Of a stretch of DNA of 64,000 nt, positions 55,601 to 64,000 are shown piece by piece. This stretch comes from an uncultured Mycoplasmatota bacterium (GTDB taxonomy: Bacteria; Bacillota_I; Bacilli_A; RF39; UBA660): NCBI GenBank assembly GCA_900548725.1, contig URLV01000005.1, positions 25 to 64,024 on the forward strand, read 5' to 3'. Position numbers and translations under genes: made by a program. Every line of letters starts with the position of its first letter. Positions within the stretch are counted from its first letter, which is position 1. The notes beneath the pieces are model-generated. The model was not told the DNA's origin, did no database searches, and was given only the letters and a program-made list of their open reading frames with translations.

Positions 55601-55763
55601 ATGTTAGAATTAATAAATTTTTTATGCTTACTCCACTTTTTAATTTTCTAATAACTCTTTCAGTTAATACTGCTGTCTTACCACTACCTGCTCCAGCAGA
55701 AACAATTATATTTTGACCAGATTCATTGATTGCGGTTTCTTGTTCTATTGTCCATCTTGGCAT
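52635..55763 (-). CDS. addA: Helicase-nuclease AddA (RexA) subunit
   Basis: UvrD-type motifs (SAGAGSGKTAVLTER, VDEYQDTS, IHKSKGLEY, LLYVAVTRAKEK) plus a C-terminal PD-(D/E)XK nuclease motif HGIIDLMLEYDDYIDIIDYK. Start is ATG 55763 (SD AGGTGA). Confidence 0.85.
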   Translation of the reverse strand: MPRWTIEQETAINESGQNIIVSAGAGSGKTAVLTERVIRKLKSGVSIKNLLILTFTNNAAHEMKDRIRKSIKKEAENDINLKKELDYIDNAYITTFDSFALSIVKKYHYLIDIGNDISIIDSGIIDLKKEEILEDIFEENYKNNNTLFLKLVDLLCVKDDKKLKELILNINSKIDLLENKSEYLNNYIENYYNDNFINSIITDYTNLLLEKIITIKKLLISLSSEVDGKYIDKYYLELDNLLKSNDYDSIRNNSNDIKLSPLRNATELGKSIKKEISEIIKDINNMCYYTLDDIKNNLISTKDYVSAIINIIKELDIRINKYKRSINKYEFNDISIMAINIVKNNKEVRDELINSFNEICVDEYQDTSDLQESFINLISNNNVYMVGDIKQSIYRFRNANPLLFKNKYDKYMAHDGGMKIDLVKNFRSRYEVLDDINIMFNLIMDNYIGGAEYSESHNMIFGNTTYIEEGKTSQNNNLEIYNYIYDKELGYKKEEIEAFLIAKDIKDKINNKYQIFDKDEKILRDIEYKDFVILMDRTTNFDLYKKIFEYVGIPTTLYKDENIVNENELYLIKNLINLVIKIKNNEYDTSFKYSFTSIARSYLSDYNDDDIFNIFLNNNFKDNEIFIKCNEIVKNIDSMSSQEILENIVDKFDVINKFISVGNIDNKTMIIDYLYKTFGDLDSIGYGIEDVNDYLDNIISKNKQIKINMTDNSGNTVKIMTIHKSKGLEYHICYFSGFDKPFNLSDLKDKIIYDNKYGIITPIDNEGLDDVITKYIVKDNYIKEDISERIRLLYVAVTRAKEKMIIVGNFNTEDTFGVEANGVIDNRIRSKYKSFKDIIISIRSRIPNYIVDIDLNTINLTHEYNNVKSYNISENIEIIEDKINIIENNVEKEEVINKHFSKENLSIVDNITKNNMELGTYIHELFESIDLKNPDYSELYEKDINYVKKLLSNDIMKNINNAKIYKEYEFIYEDSNEKYHGIIDLMLEYDDYIDIIDYKLMNTTSPEYIDQLNGYKNYIENSFDKKANLYLYSIINNEFVEL

Positions 55764-55781
55764 ACATATCACCTATAATTT

Positions 55782-55790
55782 ATTATATCA
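55782..55790 (-). promoter_or_regulatory. Extended -10 promoter of addA
   Basis: Minus strand reads caTGaTATAAT, 19 nt upstream of the start codon region. Confidence 0.45.
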
Positions 55791-55999
55791 TGCATAGCGT
55801 TTGGCTTAAAGAATAAAAAATGATTTGGAGTGAATAAGAAAATTTTACAAATATAATAATCTTTGATAGATTATATTTAGAGTTGACTTTTACTTTATTT
55901 TTTTAAATACTTGTTATTACTGACTTATTTACACATTATAATATAATTTTTTTCCAATTTAACATTCAATTTGTGTTTGTGAAAAATTTTGTCGAGAAC

Positions 56000-56036
56000 A
56001 AAAAATCAGAATTTCGTTAAGATTTTCTGATTTTTT
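56000..56036. terminator. Bidirectional hairpin terminator downstream of the DinD-like gene
   Basis: AAAAAATCAGA (56000-56010) and TCTGATTTTTT (56026-56036). Confidence 0.5.
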
Positions 56037-56116
56037 TAAAATTAATGTAAAACAACATTTTTTTGTATAATTAAATTATGCAATTTTAAATATTACTATA
56101 CATAATACATAATTTC

Positions 56117-56962
56117 CTAACTGTTGTTTTCGATTCTATTTTTAAAATTTATTGCATTTTGTGATGTTACAACGGATTTTCTTGTTTTTGCTTCAATATT
56201 TTTTCTTGTTATTGATGCAATTTCACCACCATCATGTGCATCTGTTTTTAATTCTTTTAAGCCTTGTGAATTATTAGTTCTATGTAATTCAGTTGTTGTT
56301 ACTTCAGCCAACGTAGTTAATGCTAATTCTAATGGAGACATATTGTCTCTTAAATTTTGTTTTTTATTTAGATTTTTAAATTCTTTATGTTGTCTAGTAG
56401 TAATACCAAAAGTTCCTAAACTTATTTCGTCGGTTAGAATTGCATAATCTTTTGGTTCAGCAACACCTCTTTTATTCCATTCATCTGTTAATTCATCTCT
56501 CGCTGGTATTCCTTTTATTCTTGCATTTATCCATTCTTCAGAATATCCTTTTTTTAAATATGTTTGTCTTGCTCTTTCAATTGCTAAAGATGGATTAATT
56601 ACCTCTTGTATTCTTTCTTCAGCCAATTTTGCAAACCATAATTTAAATGGTTCTGCATTAGGGCTTGGAATACTTTGTATTATTCTAAATATTCCTTCTC
56701 TGTTAGCACAGTCTGTTTCACGAATTTTACCGTCTTTAGCAGTTATTTTTAAACGTCGACAACTTGTCGACAGTTCGGAAAGTTCTTCTTCTTCCATTCT
56801 TTTCTTTAATCTATACCAATAGTCTCTAGGATTTTTACTTTCACTAAGTATTTCTACAACATCAACTACAGAATAATACCATTCATCATTATATTCTGTT
56901 CTTCTTATTTTGTTATTTTCAAATAATACCAAGTTGTCATTTATTTTTAAATCTTTTTCCAT
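56117..56962 (-). CDS. Bro-N / DNA-damage-inducible protein D (DinD)-like protein
   Basis: N-terminal FENNKIRRTEYNDEWYYSVVDVVEILSESKNPRDYW (Bro-N-like). The C-terminal half is collinear with E. coli DinD as I remember it (DYAILTDEISLGTFG...KKQNLRDNMSPLELA). Confidence 0.65.
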   Translation of the reverse strand: MEKDLKINDNLVLFENNKIRRTEYNDEWYYSVVDVVEILSESKNPRDYWYRLKKRMEEEELSELSTSCRRLKITAKDGKIRETDCANREGIFRIIQSIPSPNAEPFKLWFAKLAEERIQEVINPSLAIERARQTYLKKGYSEEWINARIKGIPARDELTDEWNKRGVAEPKDYAILTDEISLGTFGITTRQHKEFKNLNKKQNLRDNMSPLELALTTLAEVTTTELHRTNNSQGLKELKTDAHDGGEIASITRKNIEAKTRKSVVTSQNAINFKNRIENNS

Positions 56963-57082
56963 TGTATTTCTCCTTTTATTTAAGTTATATTAACTTGAAT
57001 TTAATAAATTTATATTATTTTAATAATTCTTATATATATATCTGCTCCATCTTCATACTCTTGAATATGGAAAGCAAATAGA

Positions 57083-57169
57083 TTATATAAATTGACATAA
57101 ATAATTTAATTCTAAATGTGCTAATTCATGTATTAGTTTTTTCTTTTCTTTATTTACTAAATCACTCAT
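57083..57169 (-). pseudogene. Fragment of an ImmA/IrrE-type zinc metallopeptidase gene
   Basis: 28-codon ORF MSDLVNKEKKKLIHELAHLELNYLCQFI with an HEXXH motif. A shifted frame continues NLFAFHIQE, reminiscent of the EANxFA motif. Confidence 0.3.
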
Positions 57170-57192
57170 TATTATTCTTCTTACATACATAA

Positions 57193-57612
57193 TACATTAC
57201 AACAGTAAAATTATCAATAAAAAAAGAATATTTATTTTTTAATGGTCAAATTTATGACGTTTATTCATTATTAATTCATATTTTAAATGTGGCAAAGAAA
57301 GAAATAATTATAATAGATAATTATGCTGGTATAGAATTATTTGATATATTAAAAGATGTTAAATGTAAAATAAAAATTATAACAAAGAATACTAGTGAAG
57401 AATTGATAAAAAAATATAACAAACAATATGATAACGTTGAAGTCATAAAAAATGATATGTTTCATGATAGATTTATATTAATAGATGAGAAAATTTTATA
57501 TCATTCTGGAGCAAGTTTTAAAGACTTGGGGAAAAAATGTTTTTCTATTACTAAACTAAATGATATAGAAATAATATCAGATTTAATATCAAGAATTAAA
57601 AATTGTGTATAA
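57193..57612 (+). pseudogene. 5'-truncated gene: C-terminal part of an ORF6N-domain-type protein
   Basis: The open frame from 57193 reads ...LFFNGQIYDVYSLLIHILNVAKKEIIIIDNYAG...FHDRFILIDEKILYHSGASFKDLGKKCF. That matches the conserved C-terminal module of ORF6N/KilA-N-type proteins (from memory). The N-terminal DNA-binding domain is missing. The ORF-track start is GTG 57289. Confidence 0.45.
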
Positions 57613-57664
57613 AAGTAAGACAATAATCTATTTATTTGATAAAATAAATATAGTGGTGATTGGT

Positions 57665-60025
57665 ATGATTGAATTAATAAATAAATTAAATGATGATACA
57701 ATTTTAATTATTCCAAATAATATTAAAGAAGAAACATTAAAGAATATTAGAAATTTAAATAAAAAATTAAATATAAAAATATTTAGTTTAGAGGAATTTA
57801 TAAAAAAATTAACTTTTGACTATGATGAACAAACAATATATCATATAATGAATAAATATAATATAAATTATTCTATTGCTAAGCTTTATTTAAATAATAT
57901 AAAGTATGTTGAAGAGGATAATGATAATTATAAATTACATAACTTATATTCTATTAAAAATTATATAAGTGAGTACTTAGTATATGATAAACTTTTTAAA
58001 AAATTAATTAAAAACAAGAAAATTATAATATATGGATATGATTATATTAATAAATATCCACATCATATTTTAAAAAATGTTAATAACGTAGAAGTTATTG
58101 ACAATGAATATAATAATTATAATCATATTGTGTATCAATTTAATACATTAGAAGAAGAAGTTATTTTTGTTTGTGAAGAAATTAGTAATTTACTTAATAG
58201 TGGAGTAAATATTAATAATATATTTTTATCTAATGTTGATTCCAACTATTATAAAGTTATTAAAAGAATATTTAATATGTATAAAATTCCTTTTAATATC
58301 AATGACAAAAATAATATATATCAAACTAATATTGGAAAATATTTTGTGGAAAACTTGTCAAATGATATAGAAAATTTATTAGATGATATGCAAACTAGAT
58401 TTGATATGACAAATAAGAAAAATAAAGAAATTGTAAAAAAAATAATCAGTGTAATTAATAAATTCTATTTCACAAAAGATTATTTAAGTGTTAAAAATAA
58501 TATTGTTGAAGTAATGAAAAATACTTATTTAGAAAATATAAAATATAAAAATGCAGTTAATGAAATAGATATTGTTGATAATATTATTGGTGATGATAAA
58601 TATGTTTTTCTATTGGGGTTTAATTTAAATAAATTTCCTATTACAAAAAAAGATGAAGAATATATAAATGATGATATAAAATACGATTATATGGAAAAAA
58701 GTTATGAAATTAATAATATAAATAAAGAATTATATTTTAAAATTATATCAAACATAAAAAACTTAACTATTAGTTATAAAGAAAAACATTTAAATGAATC
58801 TTTTTATCCGAGTATTTTAATTGATGAGTATAAAATGGAAGTAGTTAATAAAAAAATTGGTTATACACAATATTCAAATCAATTAAATAAATTATTTTTG
58901 GCAAAATATATAGATGAATTAATTAAATATAATAATACAAATGAATTTACAAGTTTGCTATATTCAAATTATAAAATTAATTATAATGAGTATGACAATA
59001 GATATAAAAGAATTAATAAAGAAAACTTATATAAGTATTTAGGAAATAAATTTAATTTAAGTTATACAAATATGGATGCTTATTATCATTGTGCTTTTAA
59101 ATTTTATATTTCTAATATTTTAAAATTAGATGAATTTGAAACAACATTAAATAATTATATAGGAAATTTATATCATTTTGTATTAAGTAAAGCATTTGAT
59201 GATAATTTTGATTTTGATAGAACGGTACAGTATTATATAAGTAATAATAAGTATCCTGAAAGTTTTAAAAATAAATATTTTATAAATAAAGTGTTAGATA
59301 ATTTGAAAGATATTATAAAAACTATTAAATATCAAAATACACTTGGTAGTATGGAAGATGCTTTTTATGAAAAAAGTATTGTTGTTGAAAAAACTGGAGT
59401 TATTAACACTACATTTAAAGGAGTTATAGATAAATTATTGAAAAAAGATAATAATATTGTAATTATAGATTATAAAACTTATGATGTCGGTATAAAATTA
59501 TATTATTTGCCTTATGGATTATCTATGCAATTACCTGTATATCTTTATTTAACTAAAAATTATAATAAAGATTTAGAAATAATAGGCTTTTATATACAAC
59601 AAATATTGAAAAATAGTAATTATAATAAAAAAATTGGTTATACTTTAAAAGAACAACAATCAACTGATTTAAAACTTAAAGGATATACAATTGGTAATGA
59701 AAATAAAATATCTATCTTTGATACAACTTATGAAAAAAGTGAAATGATATATGGAATGAAGTTAACTAGTAATGGTTTTGATAGATATGCTAATGTATTA
59801 ACAGAAAAACAAATTAATAATATTATAAAATTAACTGATATGAAAATAAATGAGTGTATTAATAATATAGAAAATGTTAATTTCGATATTAACCCTAAAA
59901 TGATTGATGGAAAAAATATAGGATGTGATTTTTGTAAATATAAAGATTTATGTTTTATGTCGAATAGAGATATTATAGAGTTAGAAGATATTAAAGATTT
60001 AGATTTTTTAGAACAAATAGAATAA
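57665..60025 (+). CDS. addB: Helicase-nuclease AddB (RexB-type) subunit
   Basis: C-terminal PD-(D/E)XK motif GVIDKLLKKDNNIVIIDYKTY. The four Fe-S cluster cysteines are present (HCAF... and GCDFCKYKDLC). No N-terminal Walker A. The likely start is ATG 57665 (SD GGTGA). Confidence 0.75.
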   Translation: MIELINKLNDDTILIIPNNIKEETLKNIRNLNKKLNIKIFSLEEFIKKLTFDYDEQTIYHIMNKYNINYSIAKLYLNNIKYVEEDNDNYKLHNLYSIKNYISEYLVYDKLFKKLIKNKKIIIYGYDYINKYPHHILKNVNNVEVIDNEYNNYNHIVYQFNTLEEEVIFVCEEISNLLNSGVNINNIFLSNVDSNYYKVIKRIFNMYKIPFNINDKNNIYQTNIGKYFVENLSNDIENLLDDMQTRFDMTNKKNKEIVKKIISVINKFYFTKDYLSVKNNIVEVMKNTYLENIKYKNAVNEIDIVDNIIGDDKYVFLLGFNLNKFPITKKDEEYINDDIKYDYMEKSYEINNINKELYFKIISNIKNLTISYKEKHLNESFYPSILIDEYKMEVVNKKIGYTQYSNQLNKLFLAKYIDELIKYNNTNEFTSLLYSNYKINYNEYDNRYKRINKENLYKYLGNKFNLSYTNMDAYYHCAFKFYISNILKLDEFETTLNNYIGNLYHFVLSKAFDDNFDFDRTVQYYISNNKYPESFKNKYFINKVLDNLKDIIKTIKYQNTLGSMEDAFYEKSIVVEKTGVINTTFKGVIDKLLKKDNNIVIIDYKTYDVGIKLYYLPYGLSMQLPVYLYLTKNYNKDLEIIGFYIQQILKNSNYNKKIGYTLKEQQSTDLKLKGYTIGNENKISIFDTTYEKSEMIYGMKLTSNGFDRYANVLTEKQINNIIKLTDMKINECINNIENVNFDINPKMIDGKNIGCDFCKYKDLCFMSNRDIIELEDIKDLDFLEQIE

Positions 60026-60118
60026 CTATTTGTTTTTTTATTTTCTTTACGTAAACAGTATTGACTTATATGTTAAGTTATAAAGTTTATATGCTAAAAT
60101 TAAAATAGAGGTAAAGAT

Positions 60119-61456
60119 ATGAATAGAGTTATTAAATATTTTTTGATTATTATTAATATTTATTGTGTATGTGCTTTAATTTTTTATATTAAATTGTGGT
60201 ATAAAAATACTTTAATTAGTGAAAATATTAAAATAACTTATAATAACATTGTTAATGATAGTGATGAATATTTAGTAAATGTTTTATATATTAATCCTAG
60301 AACTAATTTATTTTGTTCAATTGATAATAAAAATTGGGTTAATATAGAAAATTGTAAATTTTATTTAAAAAAGGGAAAATATAATTTTTTTATTAGAAAT
60401 AATTTTAATGTGATTTCTAAAAAATATGAAGTTGTTGAAAAGTTTGATGGTAAAATAAGTAGTAATATAGATATGTTAGATGTGTACTATTTAGCATTAG
60501 GTGGAAAGAAAAAAATTGAATTAAAATTTGACTATCCAGAAAATTATAATATTAATTATAAATGGTTTGTGGAAAAAAATAATATTGTTAAAGTTGAAGA
60601 TGATGTTATTTATGGATTAAGTGTTGGCGAAACAAATATTTTTGTTAAATTAAATGATGGAAATAAGAAAAGTTTTAAAATTGTTGTAACTGATTTAATT
60701 ACTCCACCACAAATAAATGAAAACAAAATAACTTTGACTTGCAATAGATATAGCGAAGAAGAAAATTTGATTTTAGATAAAATTTTAAAATCCCGTGTTA
60801 AAGAGGCGGGTGTTGGAACTAGAGGCGGAGTAACTGCTGCAGCACGATTTTTAACTTTAGAATTCCCTTATAATATAAGTTATTTTGCAGAAAATGGTAG
60901 AATTAATAATCATGGATTACATAGAACCATAGATGGTGAAGGAAGATTTTATCACAAAGGCTTATATTTATCTTCGGTTAAATATAAAGATTTAATGCAA
61001 AATGCTAGTACTTTAACTGGTCCTAAACCTTGGGGATGTCCATTATATAGCAATCCTATGGGAATTAATCAAGCTAATGGACTTGATTGTAGCGGTTTTG
61101 TAACTTGGGCTATGTACAATGGTGGATTTGATGTTGGAGATGTTGGTGCTGGTGATTTTGTAGAATTAAATGATGAGTTATCAGATTTAGGAGTTCATAA
61201 AAAAATTACTTTTGATTATATGAAAAATGGTACTTATAAAGTTGGAGATTATATTGCTAAAAACGGTCATGCTGCTTTAATAATAGGGATTGATGATAAA
61301 AATATTTATACAGCAGAGTCATTGGGTAAAGGATTACGTGCAAAAACATATGAAAGATATTCTGATATTGTTTATAGTCCAATTCTAGATTATGTTATTG
61401 AAATGGATGATATTTATCCTAATGGAGAAGGTACATATACCGTTATGTGGAATTAA
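60119..61456 (+). CDS. Membrane-anchored NlpC/P60-family cell-wall hydrolase with Big_2-like domain
   Basis: GLDCSGFVTWAMYNGG (catalytic Cys) and NGHAALIIG (His). An Ig-like segment reads VKVEDDVIYGLSVGETNIFVKL. Confidence 0.75.
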   Translation: MNRVIKYFLIIINIYCVCALIFYIKLWYKNTLISENIKITYNNIVNDSDEYLVNVLYINPRTNLFCSIDNKNWVNIENCKFYLKKGKYNFFIRNNFNVISKKYEVVEKFDGKISSNIDMLDVYYLALGGKKKIELKFDYPENYNINYKWFVEKNNIVKVEDDVIYGLSVGETNIFVKLNDGNKKSFKIVVTDLITPPQINENKITLTCNRYSEEENLILDKILKSRVKEAGVGTRGGVTAAARFLTLEFPYNISYFAENGRINNHGLHRTIDGEGRFYHKGLYLSSVKYKDLMQNASTLTGPKPWGCPLYSNPMGINQANGLDCSGFVTWAMYNGGFDVGDVGAGDFVELNDELSDLGVHKKITFDYMKNGTYKVGDYIAKNGHAALIIGIDDKNIYTAESLGKGLRAKTYERYSDIVYSPILDYVIEMDDIYPNGEGTYTVMWN

Positions 61457-61467
61457 TTGTTGAAATA

Positions 61468-61497
61468 GAAAAAGGACTTTGTGTCCTTATTTTTTTG
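61468..61497. terminator. Bidirectional terminator between 60119-61456 and cadA
   Basis: AAGGAC-tttgt-GTCCTT flanked by A4 and T7. Confidence 0.6.
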
Positions 61498-63508
61498 TTA
61501 TTCTTAAAGTATTTAAAATTGTTAATAGTGTAACTCCCGTATCTGCAAATACAGCTAAGTACATATTTGCAAAACCAAATACACTTAATAATAATATGAT
61601 TATTTTGATTGACATTGCAAATACTAAATTTTGTTTTATTATGTGTTTTGTATATTTAGATATGTTAATTGCCTCAGGTATTTTAATTACTTCATCTGAA
61701 ATTAATACTATGTCACTAGCTTCAATTGCAGAATCAGAACCAACATTACCCATTGATATACCTATATCTGCTCTTTTTAAAACGGGAGCATCATTTATTC
61801 CATCACCTACAAATATTGTAGTTCCTGTACTACTAACTTGTTGGTAATTTTCAAATTTGTCTGTTGGTAACATTTCATATTTTATTTCATCTATGCCAAG
61901 TAAATTTCCAATTGTTAGAGCAATATCTTTTTTATCTCCTGTAAACATATAAGTTTTTAATCCTTGTTTTTTTAATTCATATATTGTATCTAATGCATCA
62001 TCTTTAATTCCATCATCAATTGTTATTGATGCTACATGTGAACCATCTATATTTAAATGTAAAGTTGTGTTATCGTTACAATTACATAAGTTTTTATTTC
62101 CTATTTTTATATGTTTTTTATTTAAGTCAAATTCTATTCCTTTTCCTTCAGTTTCTTTGAAGTTTTTTACATCCTTGTTATTAACTTTTTTTCCTGGTAA
62201 TTGCATTATTGCTTTTGAAATTGGATGATTTGAAAATGATTCACCTTTTTTTAATATTTCTGAAATTTTTTCAAGTGTATATTCTTGGTCAAATATTTCT
62301 ATAGATGTAACATACATAGTTCCATATGTCAAAGTACCAGTTTTATCAAATATAATATTTTTAGCATTGCTTAAATTATCTAAATAATCACTACCTTTTA
62401 TTAATATACCTTTTTTACTTGAAACACCAATTCCTGTAAAATAAGATAAGGGTATACTTATTGCTATTGCACAAGGACATGATATTACTAAGAATGTTAG
62501 TCCTCTATAGATTGCATCAGTTAATTTAACATCAAAAAATAATGGTAAAAATATAATTATTAAGATAGCAAGTATTATTACTGTTGGAGTATATATTTTT
62601 GATATCTTTGATATCATTGTTTCTGTTTTAGTTTTTTTATCAGTTGCACTTTCTAACAAGTCTAATATTTTAGCCACTGTGGAATCATTATATACTTTAG
62701 TAGCTTTCATTTCTATTACTTCGCCCATATTTATTGAACCTGATAATAGTTCATCTTTTACGTGTTTTTCTACTAAATCTGATTCTCCTGTTAAGCTAGA
62801 CATATCGAATGATGAATTACCTTTTACAATTACTCCATCTACTGAAACTTTTTCGCCTTTTTTAACAATTAATATATCTCCTATATTTATCTTTTCTACT
62901 TCGATTCTTTCTACTTTGTTATCTTTTTTTAAATTAGCATATGGTTCTTTAATGTCTAATAAATCTTTTATAGAACGCCTAGAGTTGTTGATTGCTTTTT
63001 CTTCTAATATTTTTCCTATTGTATAAAGTACGATTACCATCATACCTTCCATTACTTCACCTAATAGTAAAGCTCCTATGCATGATATTGTTATCAATAA
63101 ATTTTCGTTTATGCTATGATTTTTCAATAATAACTTTATTGTGTTGATTGTTGTTCTATATAATAATAAACTATATGATATTATATATAATATTATTTTT
63201 ATGAATTTTGGTATTTTTAGAAAGTAAGATATCGTACATATAATTATTGCAATTATTAAAATACTTAAGTGATATTCTTTTTTTATTTCTATTTTTTCTT
63301 CAGATAAGTATGAGTCTGGTTCTATACTTTTTACTATGCTGTTTAATTCATTTAATGTAAATTCTTTTTCTGATTCATAAGATAAAATTGATGTGTTGAA
63401 ATTTACTATTACATTGTTCATATCAATTCTTTTGTTTAATGTTTCTTCTATTTCTCTAGCACAATTGGCACAATCTAAATTATTAATATTATATTTGTAT
63501 TTTTTCAT
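61487..63508 (-). CDS. cadA: Cd/Zn/Pb-type heavy-metal P1B-ATPase
   Basis: N-terminal HMA motif DCANCA, transmembrane CPC (SCPCAI), DKTGTLT phosphorylation site and GDGINDAP hinge. Confidence 0.88.
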   Translation of the reverse strand: MKKYKYNINNLDCANCAREIEETLNKRIDMNNVIVNFNTSILSYESEKEFTLNELNSIVKSIEPDSYLSEEKIEIKKEYHLSILIIAIIICTISYFLKIPKFIKIILYIISYSLLLYRTTINTIKLLLKNHSINENLLITISCIGALLLGEVMEGMMVIVLYTIGKILEEKAINNSRRSIKDLLDIKEPYANLKKDNKVERIEVEKINIGDILIVKKGEKVSVDGVIVKGNSSFDMSSLTGESDLVEKHVKDELLSGSINMGEVIEMKATKVYNDSTVAKILDLLESATDKKTKTETMISKISKIYTPTVIILAILIIIFLPLFFDVKLTDAIYRGLTFLVISCPCAIAISIPLSYFTGIGVSSKKGILIKGSDYLDNLSNAKNIIFDKTGTLTYGTMYVTSIEIFDQEYTLEKISEILKKGESFSNHPISKAIMQLPGKKVNNKDVKNFKETEGKGIEFDLNKKHIKIGNKNLCNCNDNTTLHLNIDGSHVASITIDDGIKDDALDTIYELKKQGLKTYMFTGDKKDIALTIGNLLGIDEIKYEMLPTDKFENYQQVSSTGTTIFVGDGINDAPVLKRADIGISMGNVGSDSAIEASDIVLISDEVIKIPEAINISKYTKHIIKQNLVFAMSIKIIILLLSVFGFANMYLAVFADTGVTLLTILNTLRITKK

Positions 63509-63879
63509 TCTTTTTCTCCTTTATGACCTATATGTGATAACGCAATTTCAAAAACTTTTTTTACATGTTCATCATCTAAAGTATAATATACTTCTTTGCC
63601 TACTTTTTTATATTTTACTATGTTATTTATTCTTAAAATATTTAGTTGGTGAGATATTGTTGATTTTGTCATGTTAAGTACATTTGCTATATCACAAACA
63701 CACATCTCATTATTATCTAAAGTATTAAGTATTTTTATTCTTGTTGGTTCACCTAATATTTTAAAAAAATTAGACATATCTTCTATTGTTCTTAGTTTTA
63801 GCATATTTTTTTTAGATTCTTTTACTTTGTTTTCGTGAATTACATTGCAGTCGCACATTAAATTTGTTTTGATTGGCAT
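63505..63879 (-). CDS. cadC: ArsR/SmtB-family metalloregulator
   Basis: MCVCDIANVLNMTKSTISHQLNILR (metal-site Cys plus HTH) and N-terminal Cys pair CDC. Start is ATG 63879 (SD AAGGAGA). 4-nt overlap with cadA. Confidence 0.8.
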   Translation of the reverse strand: MPIKTNLMCDCNVIHENKVKESKKNMLKLRTIEDMSNFFKILGEPTRIKILNTLDNNEMCVCDIANVLNMTKSTISHQLNILRINNIVKYKKVGKEVYYTLDDEHVKKVFEIALSHIGHKGEKE

Positions 63880-63900
63880 ACTAATTCTCCTTACAATTAT

Positions 63901-63930
63901 ATTATAGTTGAATAAATATTCAATCGTCAA
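63901..63930 (-). promoter_or_regulatory. cad promoter with embedded operator palindrome
   Basis: Minus strand reads TTGACG (63930-63925), 18 nt, TATAAT (63906-63901). The spacer contains the palindrome TTGAATA-nn-TATTCAA (63908-63923), as in ArsR/SmtB operators. Confidence 0.6.
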
Positions 63931-64000
63931 TACTATTATATATAAAAAAAGAATAATTTATAAATATTTATTTATTATTCTTTCAGACTGTTGACAAATA

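Larger units (their letters stand above)
56000..57612. mobile_element. Decayed prophage/ICE-like remnant inserted between addA and addB
   Basis: It contains one intact Bro-N/DinD-like gene plus two truncated genes typical of mobile-element immunity regions. It looks visibly less AT-rich than its surroundings. No integrase or terminal repeats were seen. Confidence 0.4.

Noticed and set aside
55930-56036. Possible plus-strand sRNA from a TATAAT box near 55940 to the hairpin at 56000-56036.
   Set aside because: There is no acceptable -35 or TG extension. The hairpin is adequately explained as the terminator of the DinD-like gene.

Overview
Very AT-rich chromosomal segment of a low-GC Gram-positive-type bacterium. 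An N-domain-less clpB behind a CIRCE operator suggests an Erysipelotrichia/Mollicutes-related lineage (inference). Standard genetic code: TGA terminates several well-supported genes.

Layout:
- Left edge: the 5' end of a 16S rRNA gene with two candidate promoters, preceded by tRNA-Glu(CUC).
- About 3.0-39.1 kb: an almost uninterrupted minus-strand super-locus for cell-envelope glycopolymer synthesis. It holds a TagO-type initiator, an LtaS-type transferase, MnaA, a TagA domain, a TarI-like cytidylyltransferase, a TagF-type polymerase and the TagG/TagH exporter. It also holds Wzx- and Wzy/ligase-like modules, about fifteen GT-A/GT-B domains and three polyprenol-P-sugar modules. Many of these are unusual multi-domain fusions.
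- The locus is interrupted by a small accessory island: a class II Fic gene, a gene remnant and a 21-bp tandem repeat.
- Right part: a DUF1292-like ORF plus an unknown 555-aa membrane protein, an RluA-family synthase, a TetR regulator, clpB, cell-wall enzymes (two NodB deacetylases, VanY, NlpC/P60) and a minimal UvrD-like helicase. addA and addB are divergent and split by a decayed mobile-element remnant. A cadC-cadA metal-efflux operon closes the window.

Most interesting observations:
1. A candidate, family-unassigned type I toxin-antitoxin module (24-codon hydrophobic ORF convergent with a promoter-to-terminator antisense sRNA) in the 5.7-6.2 kb spacer.
2. Three exactly phased 32-bp palindromic operators upstream of fic.
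3. A 1080-aa Wzy/ligase-GT4-TagA triple fusion.
4. The hybrid ABC plus Wzx/Wzy architecture of the glycopolymer locus.

All functional calls come from motif recognition by eye. No searches were run.
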